From the IMG/VR virus record IMGVR_UViG_3300021961_000124, positions 1 to 55,870 of that record: a stretch of DNA of 55,870 bases, one strand, 5' to 3'. A program made the translations under genes and the position numbers. Shown in pieces: positions 45,747 through 53,015 of this stretch. The notes beneath the pieces are model-generated. The model saw only the letters and a list, made by a program, of their open reading frames with translations. It was not told the origin of the DNA and made no database searches. Source of the DNA: a virus. Taxonomy: Duplodnaviria > Caudoviricetes. Each line of letters starts with the position of its first letter. Position 1 is the stretch's first letter.

Positions 45747-45833
45747 TTACCATCTAAAGAATAAAGATGCTATAAACATCCCTATAATCAAAGGTACTGT
45801 TAGTAAAACTGCTGTAAAAACTACTTCAGTCAT
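45747..45833 (-). CDS. 28-aa hydrophobic peptide
   Basis: Not in ORF track. MTEVVFTAVLLTVPLIIGMFIASLFFRW; ATG overlaps the upstream TGA (ATGA). Confidence 0.45.
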   Translation of the reverse strand: MTEVVFTAVLLTVPLIIGMFIASLFFRW

Positions 45834-46033
45834 GACCAACATACCTTTGATATGTTTACACCAGTACTTGTTTTTTCTTCAGTATATTTACAAAAAAGTA
45901 ATGGTCTCTCTGGGGGTAATGGCATATAATCTGCCGGAATTACCCCCAGAGGTACTATCCGTTCGTCTACATATGTTGCACTACAACCTGCAAGGGTCAT
46001 AGCTAAAAGTATAAAAAACGGTATTTTAATCAT
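45830..46033 (-). CDS. small lipoprotein
   Basis: Signal peptide with lipobox LAGC; Pro-rich middle; two further Cys. Confidence 0.72.
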   Translation of the reverse strand: MIKIPFFILLAMTLAGCSATYVDERIVPLGVIPADYMPLPPERPLLFCKYTEEKTSTGVNISKVCWS

Positions 46034-46036
46034 AGT

Positions 46037-46399
46037 TTAGCCTGCGCTTCTTGTTATAAAGTTTACTCGTACTTTTGTTGGCTTGAAATACTTTTCGATA
46101 GTATCCTGTGCAATGCCAATGTCAACTGGCTTACACGAGAAAATATCAATATAAGCATCACCATTAATATCAACTAGGTGTCCACTTATATTGCTAGTCT
46201 CAATCATCTGACAGAAACTAATTCCTGCCTTGTCTGGGGCATGGGTAGCAAAGTGTTCAATCATTGGCTCCCCAAATGCAACCATATCAATGGCTGGTAC
46301 TAACTCTTTAATAAACTTATACACATTATCTTTGCTTGCTACTAATTCCTTATCACAAGCGGCGCAATCAAACATTGCATGATAACCCCAGTATGCCAT
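46037..46399 (-). CDS. pyruvoyl-dependent S-adenosylmethionine decarboxylase-like protein (copy 1)
   Basis: WGYH..FD...C, IDM...GEP, Q.IETSNISGH and YIDIFSCK motifs; start MAYW. Confidence 0.87.
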   Translation of the reverse strand: MAYWGYHAMFDCAACDKELVASKDNVYKFIKELVPAIDMVAFGEPMIEHFATHAPDKAGISFCQMIETSNISGHLVDINGDAYIDIFSCKPVDIGIAQDTIEKYFKPTKVRVNFITRSAG

Positions 46400-46436
46400 C
46401 AACAAATTCCTTTCCGTGTTCTCTAGGCATTGTGAT

Positions 46437-46519
46437 TGGTGCCCTTGGAGGGACTTGAACCCCCACGCTCTCGCACTAGAACCTAAATCTAGCGTGTCTA
46501 CCAATTTCACCACAAGGGC
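46437..46519 (-). tRNA. tRNA-Leu(TAG)
   Basis: GCCCTTG/CAAGGGC, loop TT-TAG-GT, variable arm, A73-CCA. Confidence 0.95.
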
Positions 46520-46530
46520 ACTAACATATA

Positions 46531-46604
46531 TGGTGCCGGTACACAGAATCGAACTGCGAATTGATGATTACAAGTCAACTGTTATACCATTTAACTATAC
46601 CGGC
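46531..46604 (-). tRNA. tRNA-Thr(TGT)
   Basis: GCCGGTA/TACCGGC, loop CT-TGT-AA, TTCGATT, CCA. Confidence 0.93.
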
Positions 46605-46652
46605 ACGGCAACTACTTTACTTATTTGCTATTTGAAAATAGCAAATGAATTC

Positions 46653-46726
46653 TGGAGCGGGGTGCGGGAATCGAACCCGCGACTCTAGCTTGGAAGGCTA
46701 GGGTAATACCATTTTACGAACCCCGC
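46653..46726 (-). tRNA. tRNA-Gly(TCC)
   Basis: GCGGGGT/ACCCCGC, loop CT-TCC-AA, U73-CCA. Confidence 0.95.
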
Positions 46727-46734
46727 TTACTAAA

Positions 46735-46938
46735 AGTGCTTCCTCCCTGCGGCGGTAATTATACTGCATCAAGAGCCAGGAACCCCCAACCCCATCACAC
46801 ACAGCCTCCACCCGCTCCCCGACCAGGGAGGATTCTCGCATTGCCAGCGCCAGTTCGGTTAGACTGGAACCACCCGTGGCTATCACACCACTTCTCATCC
46901 TCCGGGTCAGAGTATCCGTTGATTAAACGGAACGTCCT
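46735..46938 (-). ncRNA. unassigned ~200-nt structured RNA in the tRNA array
   Basis: GC-rich island in an AT-rich genome; several helices including perfect UCCUCCCUG/CAGGGAGGA and G-U-rich stems specific to the minus strand. Confidence 0.65.
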
Positions 46939-46939
46939 T

Positions 46940-47305
46940 TTAATCCGCTTGTCGTGTAAGATAGTATTTTCGATATTTTTTGCATCCAAAAAACTCTTTC
47001 ATACTAGTCTCTACAACTGCTTGATCAAACGGTTTACAACTAAAAACATCCAAATAAATGTGTCCTAAGCTATCTACAAAGTGTGCTGTAATACTACTAG
47101 TTACTATTACCTGAACTACAGTAAAGCCCGCTTTGTCTAAGAATTTTTCCGCCGTATATTCGATTCGAGGTTCGCCAATTGGTTCCATATCAATATCAAC
47201 AACCAACTTTCGAATCCATCGATCAACGTTTGAAAAATCTGACATTAAACTATTATCACAGCCTGAACAATCTAATATTAGATGGTAACCCCAAAACGTA
47301 TTCAT
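46940..47305 (-). CDS. pyruvoyl-dependent S-adenosylmethionine decarboxylase-like protein (copy 2)
   Basis: WGYHLILDC..C, IDM...GEP, Q.IVTSSITAH and YLDVFSCK motifs; GGAGG RBS. Confidence 0.87.
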   Translation of the reverse strand: MNTFWGYHLILDCSGCDNSLMSDFSNVDRWIRKLVVDIDMEPIGEPRIEYTAEKFLDKAGFTVVQVIVTSSITAHFVDSLGHIYLDVFSCKPFDQAVVETSMKEFFGCKKYRKYYLTRQAD

Positions 47306-47353
47306 AATCCTCCCATATTGAAAAACACTCAGAAATGCGTTTCAATATAGAAT

Positions 47354-47443
47354 TGGCGGAAGTGGTAGGATTCGAACCCACGGAAGAGTCTCCCCTTCAA
47401 CTGATTAGTAATCAGCCGCCTTAAGCCACTCGGCCACACTTCC
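47354..47443 (-). tRNA. tRNA-Ser with ACT anticodon
   Basis: GGAAGTG/CACTTCC, G73-CCA, long variable arm GAAGGG-GAGA-CTCTTC, anticodon arm GCTGA-TT-ACT-AA-TCAGT. Confidence 0.88.
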
Positions 47444-47449
47444 TAACTT

Positions 47450-47524
47450 TGGCTCCCCAGGATGGACTCGAACCACCGACCAAAAGATTAACAGTCTTCT
47501 GCGCTACCACTGCGCCACTGGGGA
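47450..47524 (-). tRNA. tRNA-Asn(GTT)
   Basis: TCCCCAG/CTGGGGA, loop CT-GTT-AA, G73-CCA. Confidence 0.95.
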
Positions 47525-47538
47525 ATATAACTATTCAA

Positions 47539-47605
47539 TTGTCAAAGATCGATACAACTATGTTGTATATGTAACGTATTATATAGCCTATAGAACTCTT
47601 GTCAA
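47539..47605 (-). promoter_or_regulatory. tRNA-operon promoter followed by a boxB-like hairpin and boxA-like sequence
   Basis: TTGACA-N16-TATAAT (47605-47578); hairpin ATACAAC-ATA-GTTGTAT (47568-47552); GATCTTTGACAA (47550-47539). Confidence 0.65.
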
Positions 47606-47806
47606 CTACTTTTTTGACAAAATTTTATTTAAAATTGCTTCTGCATCTGGATAAGACTTCATTGCATCAATAATGTTGTCTACTGCTTCAATGCGTATCA
47701 TCTCTGCATTCGTGTTTGCAGGTTTAGGATAATCAAAAGACTGGAAATTATAAGGTTGCCAATTCTGTTGCCAAGAATATGAAATGCTGTAATTTTTATC
47801 TGCCAT
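47606..47806 (-). CDS. hypothetical protein
   Basis: Probable start MADKNY overlapping the upstream stop; 66 aa. Confidence 0.6.
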   Translation of the reverse strand: MADKNYSISYSWQQNWQPYNFQSFDYPKPANTNAEMIRIEAVDNIIDAMKSYPDAEAILNKILSKK

Positions 47807-48195
47807 TATGCTAGTTCCAATGTATGCTTGCAGGTGTGACGGAAAGTAAAACCAGGACAAGTGCAAGTGACCTTGCCTGCTTCTTTAACTACAATGTAAC
47901 TGTTGCCTTTTGAACCTTGTACTACTTTTTCAATTCGCTGTTCTTGCTTAGGCTGTTCGTAACTTACTGGAAGATCGTTAACTCCAACAATACGTTCACG
48001 TTGAATCACACGAACAGGAAAATCACGAAGACCTGTAGTCAAACCCACTTCGTTGGGCTTGTACCATTTTTCGTATACAACTTTGCCTGTGTATGTGTTA
48101 AACTCTTGTGAAACGACACCTGGTGCGTACAAGTGTCGTTTGTCCCACATGATGTTTTTAACACGAACAGTTACTTCACGACCTGCTTCTAACAT
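47806..48195 (-). CDS. SWIM zinc-finger protein
   Basis: V.GSKGNSY.V...CTCPGFTFRHTCKH. Confidence 0.85.
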   Translation of the reverse strand: MLEAGREVTVRVKNIMWDKRHLYAPGVVSQEFNTYTGKVVYEKWYKPNEVGLTTGLRDFPVRVIQRERIVGVNDLPVSYEQPKQEQRIEKVVQGSKGNSYIVVKEAGKVTCTCPGFTFRHTCKHTLELA

Positions 48196-48207
48196 GATAA
48201 ACTCCCG

Positions 48208-48729
48208 TTACGGTCTAGGGCTAACACTCATGTACAATTTTACACTATCACCAACGCTGTAAGCTCTTTTGCTTATAAAAGATCCGCTAAATTCTTTCCA
48301 AGTCCAAAACACTTGATAATCACGAATTTTTTCTTTGTAGCTAGAAGTTACAGTTTCTGTACATTGCTCTACTCTACGATAGCCTACAATGTTTCCATTT
48401 CTTCCATTGTTGGATCTGCTGCCTATTACAGCACCAGTAGCAGCACCTACTCCTGTAGCGGCTTCTCGGCCTCGACCGTTCCCTACTTGATTGCCAATAA
48501 TGCCACCGATAATAGCACCTACTACTGCGCCACCAACGTTAGTCTCATCACTACTAGAATCATAGATTGGAACCTCTATATCTCTACATTCAGTTTTTGG
48601 TATCCAAATTTGTTCCATGTAAGAGTTAGTATCAACTCGTGTTACTTCACCAACAATCATAGTTGGTTGCGCTAAAGCGGTGCTAGCAAGTCCAAATGTT
48701 GCAATTGTAATTGCGATAAAACGCTTCAT
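48208..48729 (-). CDS. glycine-zipper 2TM (YcfJ-like) protein
   Basis: Signal peptide; GAVVGAIIGGIIGNQVGNGRGREAATGVGAATGAVIG; flanking Cys pair. Confidence 0.85.
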   Translation of the reverse strand: MKRFIAITIATFGLASTALAQPTMIVGEVTRVDTNSYMEQIWIPKTECRDIEVPIYDSSSDETNVGGAVVGAIIGGIIGNQVGNGRGREAATGVGAATGAVIGSRSNNGRNGNIVGYRRVEQCTETVTSSYKEKIRDYQVFWTWKEFSGSFISKRAYSVGDSVKLYMSVSPRP

Positions 48730-48762
48730 ATAAGTATCCTCTTTTAGTTATACTATGCTTAT

Positions 48763-48790
48763 AGTATAGCATACTTATATAGGATGTCAA
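48763..48790 (-). promoter_or_regulatory. sigma70-like promoter
   Basis: TTGACA-N16-TATACT. Confidence 0.65.
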
Positions 48791-49405
48791 CTATTTTTTA
48801 AACAAATTTCCAGAAATACTAATACGATACTCGTCACTGGTATAAAATGGATATACTTGATGGCTTAGAGATGCCGGAAACATAATCATTTTCCCTTCAA
48901 AACTTTTGTCAACTGGAATTAGCCAAGGTTGTATTTGTCCAATTGTGTTAATGAATTGGAACGAAAAATGTCCTGCATTATTTCTTTCCTTTTCTATGTC
49001 TGGAAATACTGCTACCTCGTCGTCTATGTTATACGGAACTTTAATCCATAGCACAAAAACAAATTCACCGTTGTGGGTATGCAACGGATTAAACTCGTAC
49101 TTTTCTTGAAAATTAACCCAAATTTCTCTAACACACAGATCGTTAGACGATGTGTCTGCATATCTATGCGTTAATTTATAATGCTCTGCTAATCTTAATG
49201 CTATTTTTTCTAAATGTGCGCTACACTTAGTTAATTTAAATTCTTTTCGTATATGACCAACTAAATTGCTATTCCATTTAGTAGAAGACTGGAAATTATT
49301 GTATATCTCGTCTATTTCATCTTTTATAGGTTTTAGATCAATTTCTTCTAAGTCGCAACCAACAAAACCTAAATTAGGAAAATGACAATAAAAAAATTTA
49401 TCCAT
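48791..49405 (-). CDS. putative 2OG-Fe(II) oxygenase
   Basis: WVNFQ..EFNPLHTH.G, MFPA.L.HQVYPF and RISISGN motifs. Confidence 0.88.
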   Translation of the reverse strand: MDKFFYCHFPNLGFVGCDLEEIDLKPIKDEIDEIYNNFQSSTKWNSNLVGHIRKEFKLTKCSAHLEKIALRLAEHYKLTHRYADTSSNDLCVREIWVNFQEKYEFNPLHTHNGEFVFVLWIKVPYNIDDEVAVFPDIEKERNNAGHFSFQFINTIGQIQPWLIPVDKSFEGKMIMFPASLSHQVYPFYTSDEYRISISGNLFKK

Positions 49406-49407
49406 TA

Positions 49408-49779
49408 CTACCTCTGAATGTCTAAGTGTATTTTAGCTTTGGTTATCTCATCTGCGTCTAAATATACTTCTTGGACTCGATCGTATCTAAAACTCCTAAA
49501 CGCTTGTGCATTAACGTCCCAAACTACAACTGTTTTATCTGATAGTTCTCGAACTTTCTTTTGAGTTAATGGATCGTCTTTTTTTGGAACTGGTTTAAAT
49601 TCTTCCATTAACGTACAAGTCATTAGTCTTTCGTCTCCATCTAATTTAAGGAAACGCACCATAATGATGTTACTTTCTAGGAGGCTGATCAGTTCCTTTT
49701 TTGTCGGTATCCCTTTTATCCTTGCTACGGTCTCGCTGGCCAAAGATTCTGTCCCAGCCATCTCGGTACTTTGCATCAT
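49408..49779 (-). CDS. WYL_2/SH3-fold protein
   Basis: V.F.K.DG..R.M.CTL and VWD.....FRSF..DRV motifs; AAGGAG RBS. Confidence 0.8.
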   Translation of the reverse strand: MMQSTEMAGTESLASETVARIKGIPTKKELISLLESNIIMVRFLKLDGDERLMTCTLMEEFKPVPKKDDPLTQKKVRELSDKTVVVWDVNAQAFRSFRYDRVQEVYLDADEITKAKIHLDIQR

Positions 49780-49816
49780 CTGCTCCTTTTCTTCTTTTGT
49801 CGCCTTTTCCGCTCAT
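49670..49816 (-). CDS. 48-aa basic peptide overlapping the WYL_2 gene
   Basis: Not in ORF track. MSGKGDKRRKGADDAKYRDGWDRIFGQRDRSKDKRDTDKKGTDQPPRK; GGAGGAG RBS; ATG overlaps the upstream TGA. Confidence 0.6.
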   Translation of the reverse strand: MSGKGDKRRKGADDAKYRDGWDRIFGQRDRSKDKRDTDKKGTDQPPRK

Positions 49817-49974
49817 AACTCCTCCCATATTCCTATTAGTTCAGCAACAGCGAATAGTATTACAAACCAGCCAATTGCATTAGTAGCAAACGCAGCAGCA
49901 CAACCTGCAAGGCGCAGTCCGCTTTTAATCATGCTTAATTTAAAATGTTTATTACTTGGGTCTTTTGGTTCCAT
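49813..49974 (-). CDS. 53-aa membrane protein
   Basis: Not in ORF track. MEPKDPSNKHFKLSMIKSGLRLAGCAAAFATNAIGWFVILFAVAELIGIWEEL; GGAG RBS. Confidence 0.72.
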   Translation of the reverse strand: MEPKDPSNKHFKLSMIKSGLRLAGCAAAFATNAIGWFVILFAVAELIGIWEEL

Positions 49975-49975
49975 A

Positions 49976-50563
49976 TTATTCTCCGTTCCATAATCTTTTT
50001 AAGTTAATATTAAACGACAAACTCATTCTTACATTATCTGTTGTATTTTCAGTTACTTGATGATGTAACCATCCTGGAAATAAAATAAGAGCACCCTCTT
50101 GAGGAGGATAAACTGCTAAATGCTCTGTAAAAAAAATAGTTGCATCATATGCAGGGTTTGGGTTTAAAAATTGTATTGATCCGTCTTTACCGTTTGTTTT
50201 ATAATAATAAACACCAGCTATGTCATTTTTTGCATGATTGTGCATAACTGTATGTTCGCCTTTTTTTGTATAAGTCATCCATGACTGTTGTATTTCAAAT
50301 TTGAGCGGCGTTCCATTCATTGAGTTGATATAAGCATTGGTGTGCTTTTTAATAAACTTTTTTAATAGTTGTAGATCATATTGGTCAATAAGATTATCTG
50401 TAAAAGATACATCGCTTAGGCTATGATTACTACTAACCCAATCTGGTCTTTTAGAATACTGTATATCTTTACACTTGCTAGAAATTTCGTTATTAATAGC
50501 AAGTGTATCTATCTTAGTTGCCAGTGTTCTGTAAATTGGAGTAGAAAAAATTGCTTCATTCAT
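49976..50563 (-). CDS. putative 2OG-Fe(II) oxygenase (TIGR02466-like)
   Basis: SW, HNH, AGVYY, LFPGWLHH and RMSLSFN motifs. Confidence 0.88.
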   Translation of the reverse strand: MNEAIFSTPIYRTLATKIDTLAINNEISSKCKDIQYSKRPDWVSSNHSLSDVSFTDNLIDQYDLQLLKKFIKKHTNAYINSMNGTPLKFEIQQSWMTYTKKGEHTVMHNHAKNDIAGVYYYKTNGKDGSIQFLNPNPAYDATIFFTEHLAVYPPQEGALILFPGWLHHQVTENTTDNVRMSLSFNINLKRLWNGE

Positions 50564-50566
50564 TGA

Positions 50567-51187
50567 TTAAGATCTTTTTTCTGCTATCTTATCTGCTAGA
50601 CCCCAATTGATTGCTTCTTGAGCAGATAAAAAGGTGTCAAATTTCATTGTATCAAGAAGTTCTTCGTATGTTTTGTTGGCACTATTATGTCGCGCATATA
50701 GTTCAACAAGGCGTTTGTTTAAACGCTTTGATTCTTCAAAGTGTCGAATGTTATCTTCCATCTCAAGTTCCTGCACATAAACTGATCCGCCTGTACCTCG
50801 TGTACCTGAGCTTACACGGTGGATCATTGTACGGCTTTCTGGAAGAACAACTCGTTTACCTGGTGTGCCTGCTTGTGCTAAGAAACTACCCATACTTGCG
50901 GCTTGACCCATCACAATAGTACGCACATCAGATTTAATGTACTGCATAGTGTCATAGATAGCAAGTCCGGCAGTAACTGAACCACCCGGACTATTAATGT
51001 ACAAATTAATATCCTTGTCAGGATTTTCACTTTCTAAGAATAGCATCTGTGCTACAATTAGATTAGCCATCATATCTTCAACTGGACCGTTTAGCATAAT
51101 AATACGGTCTTTGAGCAAGCGGCTATAGATATCGTATGAACGTTCGCCGCGAGCTTCTTGTTCTACTACAATTGGTACTAATGGCAT
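50567..51187 (-). CDS. clpP: ATP-dependent Clp protease proteolytic subunit
   Basis: [19 protein letters not shown], catalytic AASMG, MIH and D.FLSA.EA..WGL.D. Confidence 0.95.
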   Translation of the reverse strand: MPLVPIVVEQEARGERSYDIYSRLLKDRIIMLNGPVEDMMANLIVAQMLFLESENPDKDINLYINSPGGSVTAGLAIYDTMQYIKSDVRTIVMGQAASMGSFLAQAGTPGKRVVLPESRTMIHRVSSGTRGTGGSVYVQELEMEDNIRHFEESKRLNKRLVELYARHNSANKTYEELLDTMKFDTFLSAQEAINWGLADKIAEKRS

Positions 51188-51429
51188 TAACGGCCTCTCC
51201 CTTGATAAGTTACAGTTTCTTTAGGTCCTTTTGAGATAAACTCTAATCCCGCCATTGAACCCACGTACATTTTTTTATTAGTTACGTACGAAAGCGTTAA
51301 TTTAATTTTTCGTTGGATACTTACTGACAAAGAAACTAAAGGCCTAAATTCTAAAATTTCTGCTTCAATATCCTGTCCTTTATCAACATTGTGCAATATG
51401 CATGTATCGTCGTATCTTGATTTAATCAT
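51187..51429 (-). CDS. hypothetical protein
   Basis: 80-aa packed ORF; YVG.MAGLEF.S.GP motif. Confidence 0.65.
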   Translation of the reverse strand: MIKSRYDDTCILHNVDKGQDIEAEILEFRPLVSLSVSIQRKIKLTLSYVTNKKMYVGSMAGLEFISKGPKETVTYQGRGR

Positions 51430-51682
51430 TTTTTTGTGCCGTTACAAGAAGGTTAAGTATATAATTCTCTACTAACAATTTAGTTATTGTTGCCATGGCT
51501 ACAGCAGCAAAATTTGCTTCTGCAATTCCATCAAACTGGTCAACAACATTACCAGCCATCATTTTAAATGCTTCTGCTTTGTTAACTCCCATAGCCGCCC
51601 AATCAATTGGATATGCCAACTGAGCTTCCATAGCTAATGTGGCTAGTTGTGTTACAATTTCTTCTCTGTTTTCCATTGGCAT
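51422..51682 (-). CDS. hypothetical protein
   Basis: 86-aa ORF with AGGAG RBS. Confidence 0.68.
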   Translation of the reverse strand: MPMENREEIVTQLATLAMEAQLAYPIDWAAMGVNKAEAFKMMAGNVVDQFDGIAEANFAAVAMATITKLLVENYILNLLVTAQKND

Positions 51683-51685
51683 CTC

Positions 51686-51892
51686 CTAATGTATCATTTT
51701 TGTATCTTCGTCATTGTTTACGTCAATGCCAAAAACATCTTTGCATAATTTAACTATTGTTTCAGGAACTATATCATCTTTACCTGTTGGTATCCAAAGT
51801 CCTTTAAGCCTACCTGTTGATCCGCACACAATAAGTCCATAATCGTTTTCAGTCAGTGCTTCATCAAATTTAATTAACTTAGTCATAGTCAA
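51686..51892 (-). CDS. hypothetical protein
   Basis: 68-aa packed ORF with GGAG RBS. Confidence 0.62.
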   Translation of the reverse strand: MTMTKLIKFDEALTENDYGLIVCGSTGRLKGLWIPTGKDDIVPETIVKLCKDVFGIDVNNDEDTKMIH

Positions 51893-51919
51893 CTCCTGTC
51901 CTGTATTAGAGTAACATGT

Positions 51920-52138
51920 TTAGACAGTTTTGTCAAACTCTTTATTAAGATAAAATTCGATAATTCTTCTGTCAATAATTCCTTTAGGATTACCAAAGCT
52001 GTTTGAAACAACAAATCTAAAAGGACACTTGCCCCAAGATTTATCTTTTAAAAAGTTAAAATAAAGTCTACGGTGTTCTCTGTTATCTACATCAAATTCA
52101 ACAATTGGTCTCATATGTTTATATAGTGAATCTAACAT
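51920..52138 (-). CDS. hypothetical protein
   Basis: 72 aa; F...N.EHR and W..CP.RF motifs. Confidence 0.65.
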   Translation of the reverse strand: MLDSLYKHMRPIVEFDVDNREHRRLYFNFLKDKSWGKCPFRFVVSNSFGNPKGIIDRRIIEFYLNKEFDKTV

Positions 52139-52345
52139 CTAGTTTTTACCTTTCTGAAAGAGATATTCTCTCTTCAGCCACCATTTATACTTGTTAAAGT
52201 ATTCTTTTACATTGCCACAAGGAGTTGTCTTCCAAAGGTTGCACTCATCAACGTGGTCGTACCATTTCTCCTGCAACCAAAGTCTAAAGGGCTTTGGTCT
52301 AGTCCCAAAGACTTTGGTAGTATTTTCCAAAGAGTCTAAACCCAT
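52139..52345 (-). CDS. hypothetical protein
   Basis: FR.W.Q..W..H..E and YF..YKWWLKREY motifs; true start uncertain. Confidence 0.6.
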   Translation of the reverse strand: MGLDSLENTTKVFGTRPKPFRLWLQEKWYDHVDECNLWKTTPCGNVKEYFNKYKWWLKREYLFQKGKN

Positions 52346-53015
52346 TTTGAATCCTCGCTTCGTATGCTTTGCGTCCTTCCCAGTCGTACACTTTAGTATC
52401 GTTAGGCCCGTGTATCATTTGACTCATACCGCCTTCCAGTTGTACCCACTGTAGATCGCTTTCACCAGTTTCAAACTGATCTTCCCAGCCGTCATTGACC
52501 TTGCTGTCAAACGCAAAGATCATTTCGCCCATGACCCAATCCCAGCGTTCATGATGCTTGTCATCTACTTCACCGTTGTCTTTCTGCTTCTTAGTAAGTT
52601 TCTTACCGTGCAGTTCCTTGGGCACATCTTCCAAGTCAACGTAAGGAGCACCGTGCTTTTTTTCTTTCAGTTGCTTGAGCATAGGCAACACGATGTAGGC
52701 AAGTGTGTGATCCATGCTCCAGGTGTCCCAACGATCAATGTGTACTTTAATTGTACGCTTCTGCTTGCTGTGGATCCAGCTAAGGAAACGATACAGCAGA
52801 GTCATGTGACGCTCACGACTCCACGAACGGATTTCGCCTACTTGTGCTTCTGGTTCAACCTCTCCGTGAGCAAGCCATTCTCCAAAGTTGTGAACCCACT
52901 CTGGCTTGCGAGGAATACCGTACTCGTCCTTTTCTTCTTTAGCCCAGAAGCAGAGAAATTCTGCTAGTTGGTAAGGTCCAAACCAGTCTTTGTAGGGTCC
53001 TATGCGTACTTTCAT
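52299..53015 (-). CDS. conserved phage hypothetical protein
   Basis: 238 aa; IDRWDTWSMDHTLA.I..PML.QL and G..LFGKYY..LWD motifs. Confidence 0.78.
   Translation of the reverse strand: MKVRIGPYKDWFGPYQLAEFLCFWAKEEKDEYGIPRKPEWVHNFGEWLAHGEVEPEAQVGEIRSWSRERHMTLLYRFLSWIHSKQKRTIKVHIDRWDTWSMDHTLAYIVLPMLKQLKEKKHGAPYVDLEDVPKELHGKKLTKKQKDNGEVDDKHHERWDWVMGEMIFAFDSKVNDGWEDQFETGESDLQWVQLEGGMSQMIHGPNDTKVYDWEGRKAYEARIQNGFRLFGKYYQSLWD

Noticed and set aside
46400-46513. N-terminal extension of AdoMetDC copy 1
   Set aside because: It reads through the tRNA-Leu gene; the real start is MAYW after an AAGGA RBS.
45664-47068. ORFs 45664..46002(+), 46416..46688(+), 46698..46898(-), 46736..47068(+) and 46795..46989(-)
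   Set aside because: They overlap tRNAs or the GC-rich structured RNA, lack an RBS and have no recognisable motifs; they are shadows of RNA genes.
47354-47443. tRNA-Ser read as a CUA amber suppressor, implying stop-codon recoding
   Set aside because: Stem symmetry (GCTGA/TCAGT) centres the 7-nt loop on ACT, not CTA; genes translate intact with the standard code and TAG serves as a normal stop (e.g. 44209, 48791).
44566-47524. tRNA-adjacent HDV-like (theta) ribozymes
   Set aside because: Sequences 3' of the CCA ends are short spacers or simple AT-rich hairpins; I could not build a nested double pseudoknot, and all tRNAs encode CCA.
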